Assembly: GCA_029953675.1 (NCBI GenBank)
Contig: JAMWBK010000002.1
Location: 3,416,315-3,480,314 of the forward strand
Reading direction: 5' to 3'
Origin: Rhodosorus marinus CCMP1338
Lineage: Eukaryota > Plantae > Rhodophyta
Length of the DNA stretch: 64,000 bases
The translations under genes and the position numbers were made by a program. The notes under the pieces are model-generated. The model had not been told where the DNA came from and did no database searches. It worked only from the letters and a program-made list of their open reading frames with translations. This document shows, piece by piece, positions 26,098-38,858 of this stretch. Every line of letters starts with the position of its first letter. Within the stretch, counting starts at the first letter, position 1.

Positions 26098-29000
26098 ATG
26101 TCCTGGATAAACGGCACCGTTGAGGAAAAGAGGATGCTTTTGGGCGACAATCATCGCTCGAGACAACGGTGGGGAACCAATCTTGGGACGAGTATTCGCC
26201 GGACGATAACCAAACTCTCTACAGCTGCTAAGAGGGTGTCTAAAGTTGAAGAATTTGAAGACGTTGAGCTCTACATTGCTTCTACATGGCGCAGAGCGCT
26301 GTTCGTTTGTTTTTGTACCGTTTTCGTCGGACTGCCATACCTTTTGCTCAGGCACAATGAGCGCGCTCTGGTCAAGGCCACGCATCGAAGAGCACGGTAC
26401 GGTGACGATGAGGAACTTGTTGTTCTCGTCAAACCGTTTAGGGGAAGCTGGGTCGTTGCGAATGACTCAGAGTTCGTTGATCCCGGGGAGATTCGAGCTC
26501 TCCTGAGGCGTGTGATCGAGACTGAAAAGGATGTCCTTAGTGAGAATCACAACATGCTTGTACAAGCGTCACGAGATGATACAGCAATGTACGGTTTGGT
26601 CTTCGAAGTGCAATACCGACGCTACGTCCTCGTCGAGGTGGTATTGTCGGATGGAGCAACGCCGTACTCGCCGGGGTCACTCCTCTTTGACTCTCACCAA
26701 CTCGACTCTGAGCTTGACCATATGTGGATATTGAGCACGGTAGAGGGCTCATTTCACCCGTCGGTCGAGGAGCTTTTCGTTGGGGATCGAGAGGGACCTG
26801 GTGCGACTGCCGGAGCTCTCGTTTTGAAGGAAAATATGCACGGAGTCGATCAAGTAACTGCTGAGGATAGGCTAGTCTTATATGGCGAGAACGTGCTCAC
26901 GGTACGGGTTCCGTCCAGGGCTAAGCTGTTTGTAAATGAGCTTCTGCACCCGTTCTTCTTATTCCAGATCTGGGCTGTTGTGCTGTGGCTCTTCGAGAAT
27001 TATTATTATTATGCACTTTGCATTCTCTTCACGTCGCTCTATTCCGCTTTCGAAGAAGCTAGCGACGTCCATGAGAACTGGCTGCGTCTCTCACGGTTAG
27101 CTCTAGAGAAGGAGCCAGTAACTGTGATCAGAAATTCACGGGAGGCGCAAATATCTTCCTGCCAGCTTGTTCCTGGTGATATTATGCTCGTGACACCCGG
27201 CATGCGCATGCCCTGCGACGGTACAATTTTGTGTGGCTCGGCTCTAACCAACGAGGCGAGTCTCACGGGAGAGTCCAGCCCAGTTCGAAAAACGCGGTGG
27301 ATGCCAAGTGCAATTGATTTGCTGAACGATGAAGATGCATCGGAAATGTCGGAATTGGAGGATGAAGAGGAGGAGAAAGACGAGGTCCTAGTCGCTTTTG
27401 AACAGGAGCACGACTATGTTGAAGAAAAGACGACGGATAGGGTTGTACCAATTGAAGCCCCTGGCTCGAGCATCCTTTCGGGCGGTCCTGCTTCGAGCAT
27501 GGAGGTAGGAGATTCGTGGGCGCGATCAGAGCACGTCATTTACAATGGTACGAACATCCTGGACTCCCGATCGCCGACTTTAGTCGTTGTCACGCGGACA
27601 AGAGCGGAGACTGTTCGAGGAGATCTCGTACGAGACATTCTTGTCGATAGTCGGTCCTCCGCTGGGGCGGTAGCGACCCTGCACCGGTAAACTACTGCCG
27701 CTCAAAATCTTCGTCCGTGCTGAGCTTGATCTCCTCCAAGTAGAGCTCCTAATCCTTGGACGGACCCAAGGCAACGAAAACTAACACACAAGCAGAGAAA
27801 TGGAAATAGCTGGCATTTCGATTTTTGCGCCTAGAAGACGAGCTTACTGACTTCGTCCACGAACTTGGCTTTATTAGGGATTCGTATGTGGTATTACTTG
27901 TAATGGCCGGTATTGCTTCAATGACAACCATCTGGGCGGTGAATCGCTTCATAAACCTGCTCGGAGTTACAACCGTCAACGCAGTGCTTCAAGGCCTGGA
28001 TCTAATCACAATTGCTCTCCCTCCTGCTCTTCCGGCGACGGTGACCTTTGGCCTCGTGTACGCTATCAAGAGACTGCAAAAGAAGCGAATTCTTGTAACT
28101 AGAGCAAACGCGGTGATTTCCTCGGCTTGGCTGGACGTTTTATGTTTCGATAAAACTGGTGAGTGTTTCTGTAGCATCTCTACTTTCCTACCTTTTGAAC
28201 GTGACAAACCTTTTTTTGGCGGGTACAACGATTTCTTGACGAAAAAGCATGTGCTTGAAGCCACCAAGAACGCTATCATGTTGATTGAACCACAAGAGTT
28301 GTGCATGCGCAGGAACCCTAACAGAAGATGGACTCGACGTTAAAGGGGTGCTCCCATGTGTCAATGGCGCTTTCGACAGCAGAGGGTTTGTGAGGAACGA
28401 TAGGAAGTACTCCGAAGATCTGGTGAGGCTCATGGCCTCTTGTCACGCACTCAGCCGGATTGACGGAGAGATTGTCGGGGATGAAGTAGATTTGAAGATG
28501 TTCGAACTATCAAAATGGAAACTCGTGAACTCCGAGCAGAGTGATAAAGCGGTCTTGCAAGTTTCTGATCGAGATGGCAACCTCGTAAACGTCCTTCGAG
28601 CCTTTGACTTCAAGTCTGAGCTTGCGAGAATGAGCGTGATTGCTCAATGGGAAACTGGCTGCTCTATTTTCACGAAAGGAGCACCAGAGATGGTGGCAAG
28701 CAAGTGTATTAAATCGACGGTACCTCGAGACCTTCACTCGGTGCTGGACAAGTATGCAGAGCAGGTACGCATGAAACCAGCCCAGGCCGGAGCTGAGTCG
28801 CGATATACATTGTTTGGTTATAAGAAGGAACCTCTCCGTGCTTTGTGCACCTCGGTTCTGTCGCGTTCTAACCTGTGTCTACCTCTGCTTCAGGGTTATC
28901 GAGTACTGGCGCTAGCGCAGAGGTCTCTCCTGGATGCAGCTTTGAATGAGGCCATGAGTCAACCTCGGAGCAGAATTGAGAAAAACCTTTCCTTTGCGGG

Positions 29001-30706
29001 AATTGTAGTCCTGGAGAACCGCTTGAAACCGGACACAAGCTCCGTTCTTCGGGAGCTAAACTTGGATGCAAAAGTTCGGACAGTCATGGTGACTGGCGAC
29101 CACCCGCGCACAGCGCTTAGTGTTGCTCGCCAGTGCGGCATTTTTGAGACTGCGAAGGTGCGCTGCCTAACGCTTTTGATAGATTCAAGCCAAAAAATTG
29201 GCCTACCTCTTGCGGGTCCAGCGCTCTTCGTCTGAGATGCTAAGTGATTGAGAACTTTAGGTTCGTATTCTGAAGTTGCTCCTTGCTGAATCTCTGATGG
29301 AGCTTTTGGCAGGACACCCCGGCAATTGTGTGTGAGGCGCAGAGGGGTAAGAACCAGAGAAATGCGGATGGTTGTATATCCTTCCTTGAAGTGGGGACAA
29401 TAGAAAAAAAACGGCTTCGTCGGGCGGATGTCACTCGGAGGCTGTTTTCAGACGTACATGGGAAACAGTGCAGTATCGTGATGACCGGTGCCGCCTTTCG
29501 TGCTTTGTTTGCTGAACATAGTGAGCTGAAACGACTTACCCCTGACACTAGCACAGCGGTAAGTTTGCCACTGCCTGCAAGGGAGGAGCTCTGTGATTCT
29601 TACCCTAAACTTGAGATTTGTCTTGTACGGTTGCAAGAGATTCATTTCGCAGCTGCTCAGACGATGTACAGTATTTGCGAGAATGTCCGCTGCCGACAAG
29701 ACTTTGCTGGTTCGACTTATGAATAGTGAGGTTGGTTCTCTTGTTGGGATGTGTGGTGATGGGGCCAACGACGCAGGAGCGCTGCGAGAAGCAGCTGTAG
29801 GAATTTCGCTTTGCGGTGAGGAGGACGGTGAGGTTACTGCGTCTTTAGCCGCCCCCTTGACATCCAGAATCACGACGATTTGCGCGGTGGCCAGCTCGAT
29901 GAAAGAGGTATTGAGCTCTCTCCAGAACGGTCGGTTTAATAGTCTTTAGGATCATGTCAGTGCAATAACTCTAGTGTCTTTTGCCGCTCTTCAACGAATA
30001 GGGCAGGGCTGCTGCATCCTGCTCGGTGGCTGCTCTAAAGTATATGTTTATGTATTCGGTCTTGCAGCTCGTGTCAGTTTCTTTTTTGTACAACTTCGGT
30101 TGTAATCTAAGCGATGGGCAGTTTCTATTCGTCGACCTCTTCCTCATCATCCCGTTGGGTGTTTTAATGGGGGAGACAGAAGCTAGCGACTATTTATGCG
30201 AGCAAAATCCACCTCGTCGTCTAACTGACAGGAGAGTTTTGTACAGTGCAATCGGCCAGGGCATCATAATGCTCGCGTTCCAACTACTTTTGATGGCCTA
30301 TTTGAGGAGTCTGGGTTACTGGCCCCCATTGGAGAGCATTCAAAGCCAGATAGGAAAAACTGGAGATTTGCTGGACAAGAACGAACTCGTCACCGCTGTG
30401 TTCCTGTACGTCAACTTCCAGTACGTTTGGAGTTGTTGGGTATTCAATCTGGGCCCCCCATTTCGGAAGTTTTACCAGTCAAACAAGGGCTATGCTATCA
30501 CTTTGTACCTAGCGACTTTCTTTTGTGCGGCGCTAACCCTCAGCCCACCGCAGATAGTCTCAAAGTTGCTTCGCATGAAAGCTTTGCCTATGACTTGTCG
30601 GATCGTCTTGACAGCTCTTGCGTTCGCCAACTTATGGGCCTGTCTGATATTGGAGAGATACGTGAACAGCCTCGGTGCTGGTTCAAGGGCTCGAGGGACC
30701 CAGTGA
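26098..30706 (+). CDS. P5B-type ATPase (ATP13A2/3, Ypk9-like), multi-exon
   Basis: LVPGD, NEASLTGES, PPALP, DKTG|TLTEDG (split by an intron), KGAPE, MVTGD, FARMS, MCGDGANDAGAL and C-terminal TM helices. Confidence 0.92.
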
Positions 30707-30975
30707 TTTCGCTTGACCGTCTATAAAGATTGTTCAACAGGTGTATTCAGCGCTTCTCACGACTCGTGTCCGCTTAGAACAATCCTGGGTCACGCCCTGC
30801 TGCGTATGCTTGTACACTGCTTGGAATTTCCGACAACGAGCCACGCAAACATCGGAAATTGGCTCATACAAGTGGCAGAAACAAAGAAATGGGACTAGGA
30901 CCAAACCCAGACTATTGCAATCCAAGAGGGAGCTCCTGTTCTTAGACGCCTTTTGCGTGCGTCCAGCGACCGCCC

Positions 30976-31842
30976 TCACATCGTTCTTTGCAGCTTTGGG
31001 CGCCAGTGAGCCCATTCCACACGCCTACATGGATTAAGCAATGCGTCGAAAGTAAGACGGGTGAGCATGCGATACCCATGTGAAGATAACGTCCACGTAT
31101 CCAATGCGGACTCGACAAAGTAACCGGCTTGGGTGGATACTGTAGAGACGTCTGGACCACATTCGATGCTCTTGTGCTCCTTCTTTTCGTGAGAACCTGA
31201 AATATACTCTCGAAGCATCCTGTTCCTCTGATATACCCGCGATTTTACCGCTTCGTCGTCTGAAAACGCAGGTATTTGTGAGATCAGCACCTCCTTGTCC
31301 AGCTTCTCTAGTTCCAGCGCTAGGAGTTTCAAGTTGTTGACGGTTCTCTGGACGTCCGTTGGTTGAGATGAAAAGAGCTCGTCCTGTCCTCCCAGGAATA
31401 TGAGAACCACATGAGCATCCTTAAACATACCGTCAACGAACGTGTCAACGAACAGTGACTTTCGGACCCCGTTCACTCGATCTGGAGGGTGGTCTGCTCC
31501 AGGGACCCAATCGTCAGAAATTGCACGGAAAGCTCCTGCAGAAGCCACCCGCCATATAAGCCGCAGCCCATTGGCATCTTTCTCTTTGGCCAGCATAGCC
31601 GCGAGCCTAGCAGCCAAACCCCCATTGGCAAGACCGTCTCCAATCCCATCGGCAATGCCATCACCAACGAGCAGAATCGTTCGGTCAAGGCTTCCACTCT
31701 TTCTCCAGAAGAGGCTCTGGTTAATAAAGATGCCTAGACGATGGAAAAATAAATACACGTAGAAAATCACGTTTTCATATACCCTGTACAAACTATCGAA
31801 GATGCTGAGCTCCTCCTCCTCTCCAAGCCTCTCGTCCTCCAT
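30976..31842 (-). CDS. SGNH/GDSL-like hydrolase-fold protein
   Basis: ILLVGDGIADG (block I-like) and LIFLGGQD (block III-like). The catalytic residues look degenerate. Confidence 0.55.
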   Translation of the reverse strand: MEDERLGEEEELSIFDSLYRVYENVIFYVYLFFHRLGIFINQSLFWRKSGSLDRTILLVGDGIADGIGDGLANGGLAARLAAMLAKEKDANGLRLIWRVASAGAFRAISDDWVPGADHPPDRVNGVRKSLFVDTFVDGMFKDAHVVLIFLGGQDELFSSQPTDVQRTVNNLKLLALELEKLDKEVLISQIPAFSDDEAVKSRVYQRNRMLREYISGSHEKKEHKSIECGPDVSTVSTQAGYFVESALDTWTLSSHGYRMLTRLTFDALLNPCRRVEWAHWRPKLQRTM

Positions 31843-33215
31843 TCATGCGATGAAGCTGTGCTACAACAAAATAACTCCTAAAACGCGTACAGCTTCTTTT
31901 CAAGTGTCCAGATAAGAAAAGTTGTCTATTCCTTTCGCCTTCTCACAAAGATCTGAGCCCCTACACACTACGACCGACGCGCGTTCCGACGATTCGGAGA
32001 TGATGAATATGACGAGCTTGTATCTTGCATGGGAGGGTTGTGCCCTGGCACGGTAAAAATTAATTCACAGACCCGGATTGTGGGAGGCGCAGCAGTCGAA
32101 AAGTAGCAGTGTGGCTGACGAACACCTCCTTTGCCTCCGAAATTTGTTGATCAAGCCAATTCAGGTATGTGTTAGCGCTAATTACGAAACTGATCCTCGG
32201 GCACTCCACAAACCCTACTCGCCTGCACAGCTCTGCTCGTTCGGTTGGCTTCCAGGGTCAGATGGGCTAAGCTGGACGAACTGAGAAGGGTTGGGCTCCT
32301 TGTGGACGAAGTCTATAGTCTTGTGTTGCATTCGGTAGCACGCCTTAGAGTATTTAGGACGACACCGTGGATGGTGCCCTGGCCAGAATTTGAACGCTGT
32401 TGTGAACATTTTATTCTCAAAAGGCTTTTCATTCGTGATGAGCTTGGTTGGAAGCGGTTTGTTTTCAACTGCGTCCTTAATTTTGGAAGCTTGGTCAACA
32501 GTGTTCAGCTGAGTGCCAGTTTTGTATCTCTTTCATATAAAACATGCAGCATCAGAGCCACAGTGCTGTTTTGAAATTTTTGCCAGATGACAAGGTCGGT
32601 TGTTTCAGTGGCTGAAGTGTGTCGGCGTGAAGAATAGTCTCGCACGGACGGGAACAGGGCGTTTCCGAGCTGTCAGTGAAAGGGTTCTCAGCCTTTGCCC
32701 AATGCTCCCTGACTCTAGGAGGATCAGCTTTTCCAAGTTGAAAGGGTATGCAATACTTGGACAAGTCCTGAATATTCTTCCGCGCAGGCTATGGGCCTCG
32801 TTTTCAGCAGGCCGAGCTCGACGGAATGTTCTATTTTGGAAGAGCGTAAAGGCTTGACATAACCTGCGCTCTCTTCTATGAGGAGGGATCCGTGGTCGAT
32901 TCATTTGCTTCCGGTCTATGAAGCATCTCGCAGGATCTCAGTTGTTCGCGTCCTCGCCATGGGAAACGCTGGATGGCATTCGGAGTCTGTGCTCATAGGT
33001 CAGCGCACTGTTCGCGGGACCAGTGGCTTCGTATCCCGGCAATGCAGCTGTTTTGAATAGACTTTTTCTTCCGACCTAGCAAACTGCGGCTGTCTTTTGC
33101 TTGTGCTTCATTTTAATTCAGTCAAGATTTTGTACACATCGCGCACGGCATGTACCCGTGGTTTCAGATGCATGCATGGGTCACTCAGGGTTAATCTACA
33201 TTCGCCATGTCAGCC

Positions 33216-34127
33216 CTACTCAACCTCGCCCAGGTAGTCCTTAATTTCCGCTGCTGAAAGAACGCGAAAGACTTTGTCATCGCCTACAACGCCAAGCTCA
33301 ATGTTGTTTGCAGTTACTTGGCCTTCAAATCCTTCCTTGAGAGTTAATATTGAGGTATGAATTGCATCTTCCAGCTCGATGTCATCGCTGTACCTCTTCT
33401 CAAGGAACGTTTTGGCGTTCACCATGTTTTTCCCAATCGCCGAAGCTTTCCAGGCGAAGTAAGACCCGCTTGGATCCACTTGATAAAGATGCGGTCCCTC
33501 ATAATCGTATCCAGCCACAAGAAGGGACACTCCGAAAGGTCTGACACCCCCAGATTGTGTATACTCCTGCATCACTGATGCAATCTGACGAACCACTTGG
33601 GAAACGGGGATCGACTCCCTATAGGTTTGGTAGTAGGTCTGCGCATTTTTTCTCGCTTTTCGAATCAACACTCGAGAATCTGGCCCCATCCCGGAGTACA
33701 CCATGCCTACGTTCTCTGTCACAAGAGCAACTTTTTGAAGCGTCGTCTCGTCCATAAGCGCGGACGACATTCTCTTCTCAGTTGCGAGAACAATGCCATT
33801 GCTCGCTAGAATATTATCACAAAAAAGAACAAAAGAACCACAATGAGCACACAATAATAGAGATGAACAATCGAATGGGTCAAATCGGATCCCATCCACC
33901 CCATGCGAAATTCAGGAACAGTGCGAATAAATCAACGCGAGCTATGCCTTTGTAATAACTGCTTTGAATTTTGAAACCTTGAAAGCGATTTGAGATTCGA
34001 ATACCATACCTTTAATACCCAAAGAAGTAGCACCAGCGGCAACCGCGTTCAAAGCATACTCAATCTGGGTCAACTTTCCGCTCGGACTGAACGTTGTCAG
34101 CGAGAACGAGTAATCAGATTCCCCCAT
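33216..34127 (-). CDS. PSMA2: 20S proteasome subunit alpha-2, 2 exons
   Basis: Exon 1 [24 protein letters not shown]; exon 2 [11 protein letters not shown]...[13 protein letters not shown]...[10 protein letters not shown]. Confidence 0.97.
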
Positions 34128-34170
34128 ATCCTCTTCTAGATAGCCGGTCTATTTCAATTTTCCATGCACA

Positions 34171-34261
34171 ACACCTGGACTTCAGTACATCGCAACCCCA
34201 CAACCCACCCACTCACACACCTGGACTTCAGTACATCGCAACCCCACAACCCACCCACTCA
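34171..34261. repeat. Tandem duplication, 46-bp period, 2 copies
   Basis: acacctggacttcagtacatcgcaaccccacaacccacccactca starts at 34171 and again at 34217, just upstream of the PSMA2 start. Confidence 0.95.
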
Positions 34262-35009
34262 TCTCACAACCCGATTAGGATCGTGAAAGCGTGCAGTGAA
34301 TCATTTCCATTCAAAAGCTCGACAGCACCCGATCGATAAAAATCGCCAGGGAGAGCCCCAGGGACGAGGTTCATTGAGCCCTTCTAGTTCAACGTTGATC
34401 CAACCATTTTCTGGTAGATTAACTTAAAAAAAGGATGTTAGGGAGAAAGCATAGCTGTGCAAACACAGTTTTTAACTTATACCGGTTTTTAGGTCTTAAC
34501 AAGACCTAAACCCTCTTAATCATGTGAACCTGATTGGCCTGGCCGTGTTCCTGATTCGGTTGTAAGCGTTAACACTAGTCATAATAGTAAGTCCTCAAAT
34601 GGATGTTGTGTATTCCACTTTAGCCGATTGTAACTTAAATTGTGGAAACTTTTAGTTTGGAGTGTTCTTAATTTTGACGACGGCTTGACATTCTCTGTCC
34701 GTGTTCGGACTCTTGGAAACCTGAAAGTCCGGACCTCAAAATTATAGTGGTCATGAAACTGTGCACTCTTGTAGCCATCACCAAGCACCTAGCAACCTAG
34801 CGCAACGCAAGCCTGACAGATCGGTTTAGTCGGAGGTCAAGGTTCCCAAATGAAGGAGCCTACGAAGAGCACAAAGAGCCTGCAGGCAGAGCAGAGGCAG
34901 CGCTACAGCCCCAGAGTGTCAGCCTCAAAGAAGCGTATAGTCAAGATATTGTACATAAAGACCAACGAAGCGCACTTGGGTCCAAGAGCTCGATGAGTAT
35001 CCGAACAAG

Positions 35010-35130
35010 GATGAGCTCCTCGAAGATCTACTTGACGAGCCTATTGAAAGTGTGCCTCTCCGAATTGAGGATGAGCTCCTCGAAGATCTACTTGACGAGC
35101 CTATTGAAAGTGTCCCTCTCCGAATTGAGG
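35010..35130. repeat. Tandem duplication, 60-bp period, 2 copies
   Basis: gatgagctcctcgaagatctacttgacgagcctattgaaagtgt(g/c)cctctccgaattgag occurs twice with one mismatch. Confidence 0.95.
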
Positions 35131-35873
35131 GATTGAGATGGTCCGCCAGTCGGGAATTCTCCTGAAACCTATCGCATAAAAACATAGTTTTGTGCGCATT
35201 TATACCTCTTAATCTGCTCAAGACAGACGTCAATATTAAGGGTTCTTCCGTACATCTGAACCCCTCGCGCAAAAAAGTGTCCCAAGTGGAAAAACCAAAA
35301 AGGTATAAAAATTCATGATTGGATCCCAAAAGGGGCGCTAATTGACAGTTTTCACAATGGCACATCTCTGCCATTTACGTAACATAATCCTTTTTTTAAG
35401 AATCCAATGTCGGCTTCTGTGGTTACCTGTGCGATTATCAAGGGTCTTGACGAGCGTTTTTCAGCGTAAATTACTCTCCTCTCAGAGAGGAATACAAAAA
35501 ATTGATTGTTCACTTTCAGGATTTGACGGAGATTATTTGGTACTATTTTGGTAATCTCATCATCTTCATGAGATGCTAGTAAGCTGATCATGGTTTGTCG
35601 GGAGCTGGCAGCATAAGATATTAAACACATCACCCGGAAGGCCGTCCGATTTTCACTCGAGATTTTACTTTCTTGTTGCTTTCTTTCACGGAGCAGCTTT
35701 CCAATGCAAAACACGGTTTCGACGAAAAAACAGGTCTTAATTGTCTGACTCTTGCAGGGGTCACACGGATTCCTTGGGCAGATTCCTGTCTGAAGCGACT
35801 TGATCTTCAACTGGTTGCACTCGTTCCGGTACTGGAATGAGAGAAGCCGAGCGCGCCGAGTTTCAGTTGCTGA

Positions 35874-37382
35874 GTGGCTGGTTGTACTGTCTGCACATGT
35901 TGTAAAGCGGGAGAGGGTGAAGCTTTTCGAGCCGAGACTGTCATGGAGTTCAGGGTAAAGCTGACGGATGAAGCTGAGGACGATGATGCCGTCTTTGGCA
36001 ATCCTGGAACGGCCTCTTTGAAGCGACGGGCGACTCTATTGCGTTATGAGGAGATCCATGAATCACGGGACAAAGAACTGACTCAGGACGGGGAGAAACT
36101 CGTGGGATTCAAACCCCTAAGGAAAACTGGAGTTATTTATGTAACAGAGCAGGCAGTGAAGAAAGGATTCTCGCCGTCCGATCCCTCATGGGCAAACTTT
36201 GGTCAGGGTGCACCTGAAACGGGGGATATATCTGGAGCTCCTTCTCGGCCAAAGCTCGTGGATATCCCTCCCGAATTCGAAGAGTACGCTCCTGTTAGTG
36301 GTACCGCCGATCTCCGGGTAGCGATCGCGAATTACTATAACGAATGGTTCCGCCAGGGGCAAGCAACGCTGTACACTGCCGACAACGTTTGCGTTGTGCC
36401 GGGCGGTCGAGCAGGTCTCACAAGGATAATGTCCTGCATTGAGAACGCGATGGTCGGCTACTTTTTGCCGGACTACACGGCCTATTCCGAGGCTTTGGGT
36501 CTGTTCCAATCAATTGTTCCCGTCCCAATTCCACAATCCAGCAAGTTTGGAATGGAGAAGCAGATGCCGGCTAACTACCTCGACGAGCTGGTGTCTAGGA
36601 TGGACCTCGGGGCCATCCTCATGTCGAATCCATGCAACCCAACCGGGGCAGTTCTCCGAGGGAGAGACCTCGCGGCCTATGTTGAAATAGCTAGAAGGTG
36701 GGGCTGTGCGATGGTTATGGATGAGTTTTACTCGCACTATTTGTATCTGGACGACGATGAACTGAAGGACAGTGGGGACCCGCCCATGGTTAGCGCAGCG
36801 GAGTTCGTGCAAGACGTGAACAGTGATCCTGTTCTGCTTGTGAACGGGCTTACCAAGGGGTGGCGGTTGCCGGGTTGGCGATTGTGCTGGGTAGTCGGTC
36901 CAAAGAAGCACATTGATTTGATCAGCGCTGCGGGAAGCTACCTGGACGGAGGAGCCAACGCTCCGTTTCAGCATGCTGCTCTTCCACTATTACAGCACGA
37001 CTACGTGCGTCAGGACGTGCTTTCGCTGCAAGCTCATTTTCGGGCCAAACGGGATTATATGCTCGGCGAGCTGAAGAAATTTAGGATACACCCAAGGAAG
37101 TGTCCGGAAGCAACTTTTTACCTGTGGTTGGACTTGTCAGAGCTCCCTGACCCGATAAACGACGGCCTGGAATTCTGCCATGAGCTGTTGGAGGAAAATG
37201 CAATAGTGATCAATGGAATCTGGTTCGATCTCTCGCCGCGGGGCTTGAGAAGACATGCCGCGTACGGGCCATGTGCAAACTTCATTCGGCTTTCCTATGG
37301 ACCTCCAATGGAGGAGCTTAAGGTCGGCGTAAAAGCGATTGAAAGGGTTTGTCGGAAACACGGAGTTGAAACGGCTATGTGA
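35874..37382 (+). CDS. PLP-dependent class I/II aminotransferase
   Basis: ANFGQGAPE, VVPGGRAGL, SNPCNPTG, MDEFYSH and GLTKGWRLPGWR (PLP lysine). First in-frame ATG is at 35943. Confidence 0.9.
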   Translation: MAGCTVCTCCKAGEGEAFRAETVMEFRVKLTDEAEDDDAVFGNPGTASLKRRATLLRYEEIHESRDKELTQDGEKLVGFKPLRKTGVIYVTEQAVKKGFSPSDPSWANFGQGAPETGDISGAPSRPKLVDIPPEFEEYAPVSGTADLRVAIANYYNEWFRQGQATLYTADNVCVVPGGRAGLTRIMSCIENAMVGYFLPDYTAYSEALGLFQSIVPVPIPQSSKFGMEKQMPANYLDELVSRMDLGAILMSNPCNPTGAVLRGRDLAAYVEIARRWGCAMVMDEFYSHYLYLDDDELKDSGDPPMVSAAEFVQDVNSDPVLLVNGLTKGWRLPGWRLCWVVGPKKHIDLISAAGSYLDGGANAPFQHAALPLLQHDYVRQDVLSLQAHFRAKRDYMLGELKKFRIHPRKCPEATFYLWLDLSELPDPINDGLEFCHELLEENAIVINGIWFDLSPRGLRRHAAYGPCANFIRLSYGPPMEELKVGVKAIERVCRKHGVETAM

Positions 37383-37568
37383 CCTTAGCTGCGATATTAG
37401 TTAGAGCTAGTGGCAAGCGTGTGGTTTGTTGTTTCCCGGCCTGACTTCAGTCGCCAGGACTGAATGAGAGTTTGCCTATCGGGGTGCGGGGAAGATGTGC
37501 CTCCGGATTGCTTTAATGTCACCTGCGCGTTTGACCATTTTAAATTGACTGGAAATCTCGTGCGTTGC

Positions 37569-38701
37569 TTAGAAGTTAACGTCAATATCCGCAATACCAA
37601 GGGTCGTACCTGCTACGGTAATGAAGGTCTCAGTGGCCTGCACCGGGCATCCTTTGCCATTCAAGAGCTCGAATCGGGTTACAAGGTCAGAGGCAACGCT
37701 GGCGATGAAAAGAAATCCATTCGCAACAGCTAGGTTGTGGGGTCTCTCTTCTGCGGTCATAGTGACCCGGCACAGCTTCTTCATTGGGTAAACCGTCAAG
37801 TCGAAAGTGACGATTCCCACATCTTGATTGATAATATTCCCCACATACAGCCGCTGCAGGTCCGGAGACACAACGATTCCATGTGCCGAAGAGGTCCATC
37901 GGGTTTGAAATTCTGCTACAATGTCCATGCTCGTTGGGTTCACCTGATAAGCTGTCCCTTGCGCCGCCGTCCCACTTTGGGCAGCAACGAACAAGTCCGA
38001 AGATCCAGCAAGATTAACGTGAGGGTCAGAAACAGTTTTGACCCTGTTTAGTTCCTCGTACGTGAACGCATTGTACTGAACTACAAAGCCTGGGTTGGGT
38101 CTGTTAGGATCCAGTGAGACGAGCTTCAGGTACGTGATGTAAATAAAGCGTCCGTTGAGCACCACGTCGTGGGGCTCTGCGTTGCTCGAGTCAATCCATT
38201 TAGGGAACTTCGGAACAGGTATTTTTTGCTTAATAGCAGTGGTTTCAGGATTAACGATGTATGTGTTCTTGCTGCCGGGGCACGTCACAGCGAGAAACCT
38301 GCGCGTGGTGAAGTCCTGAGTGGATATCATGTGAAATCCACCCTCACACCCAGGCACGGGGATTCTTCCTTTTCGGACTACGGAGTTATCGTCGTTGACA
38401 AAAAAGCGATAGATGTACTCACTCCCGGAGTCGGAGGAGTAAATATTGCGGCCAATGTTTGTCACATAGCCGGGTAGAACTCCGGCAGGGAGTGAGTTGA
38501 CAACGTTTCCGGATAGCGAGTCAATTATATCAAGCGTTCCAGCACCTCTTACGGCAACAGCTATTATTTCGGCATGCGCAATGCCAAGTATGCACAATAC
38601 TAGGACTGCAACAGAGAAGCGGACGGCAGTGGTTAGATGATGGTCCGCATATTCAATAGCTCTGTAAGCCCATGATTTCACAGCTTACCGGTTAGCTTCA
38701 T
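37569..38701 (-). CDS. Secreted YVTN/YncE-like beta-propeller protein, 2 exons
   Basis: A 13-nt first exon (ATG at 38701) plus an intron at 38688-38606 (GTAAGC..CTAAC..CAG) yields the signal peptide MKLTVLVLCILGIAHA. Repeated blades: EPHDVVL, SAHGIVVSPD, RPHNLAV. Confidence 0.65.
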
Positions 38702-38858
38702 CCTGATCGCGATCTGCAGTCAGCATCTGCTTCACCAACACGTCGTTAGCTTGATACTGACGAGAACCGTGGTGGCAGGGTGGGAACTGAGGACATTCAC
38801 ACTCCCTCTATATACATTCAAGGTTGCTGTGATCTTGAACTGACGTTTACCTTGGGCA

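Noticed and set aside
32028-33060. Possible small spliced gene between the SGNH-like gene and PSMA2
   Set aside because: Splice-like signals exist, but I could not assemble a consistent frame or recognise a product.
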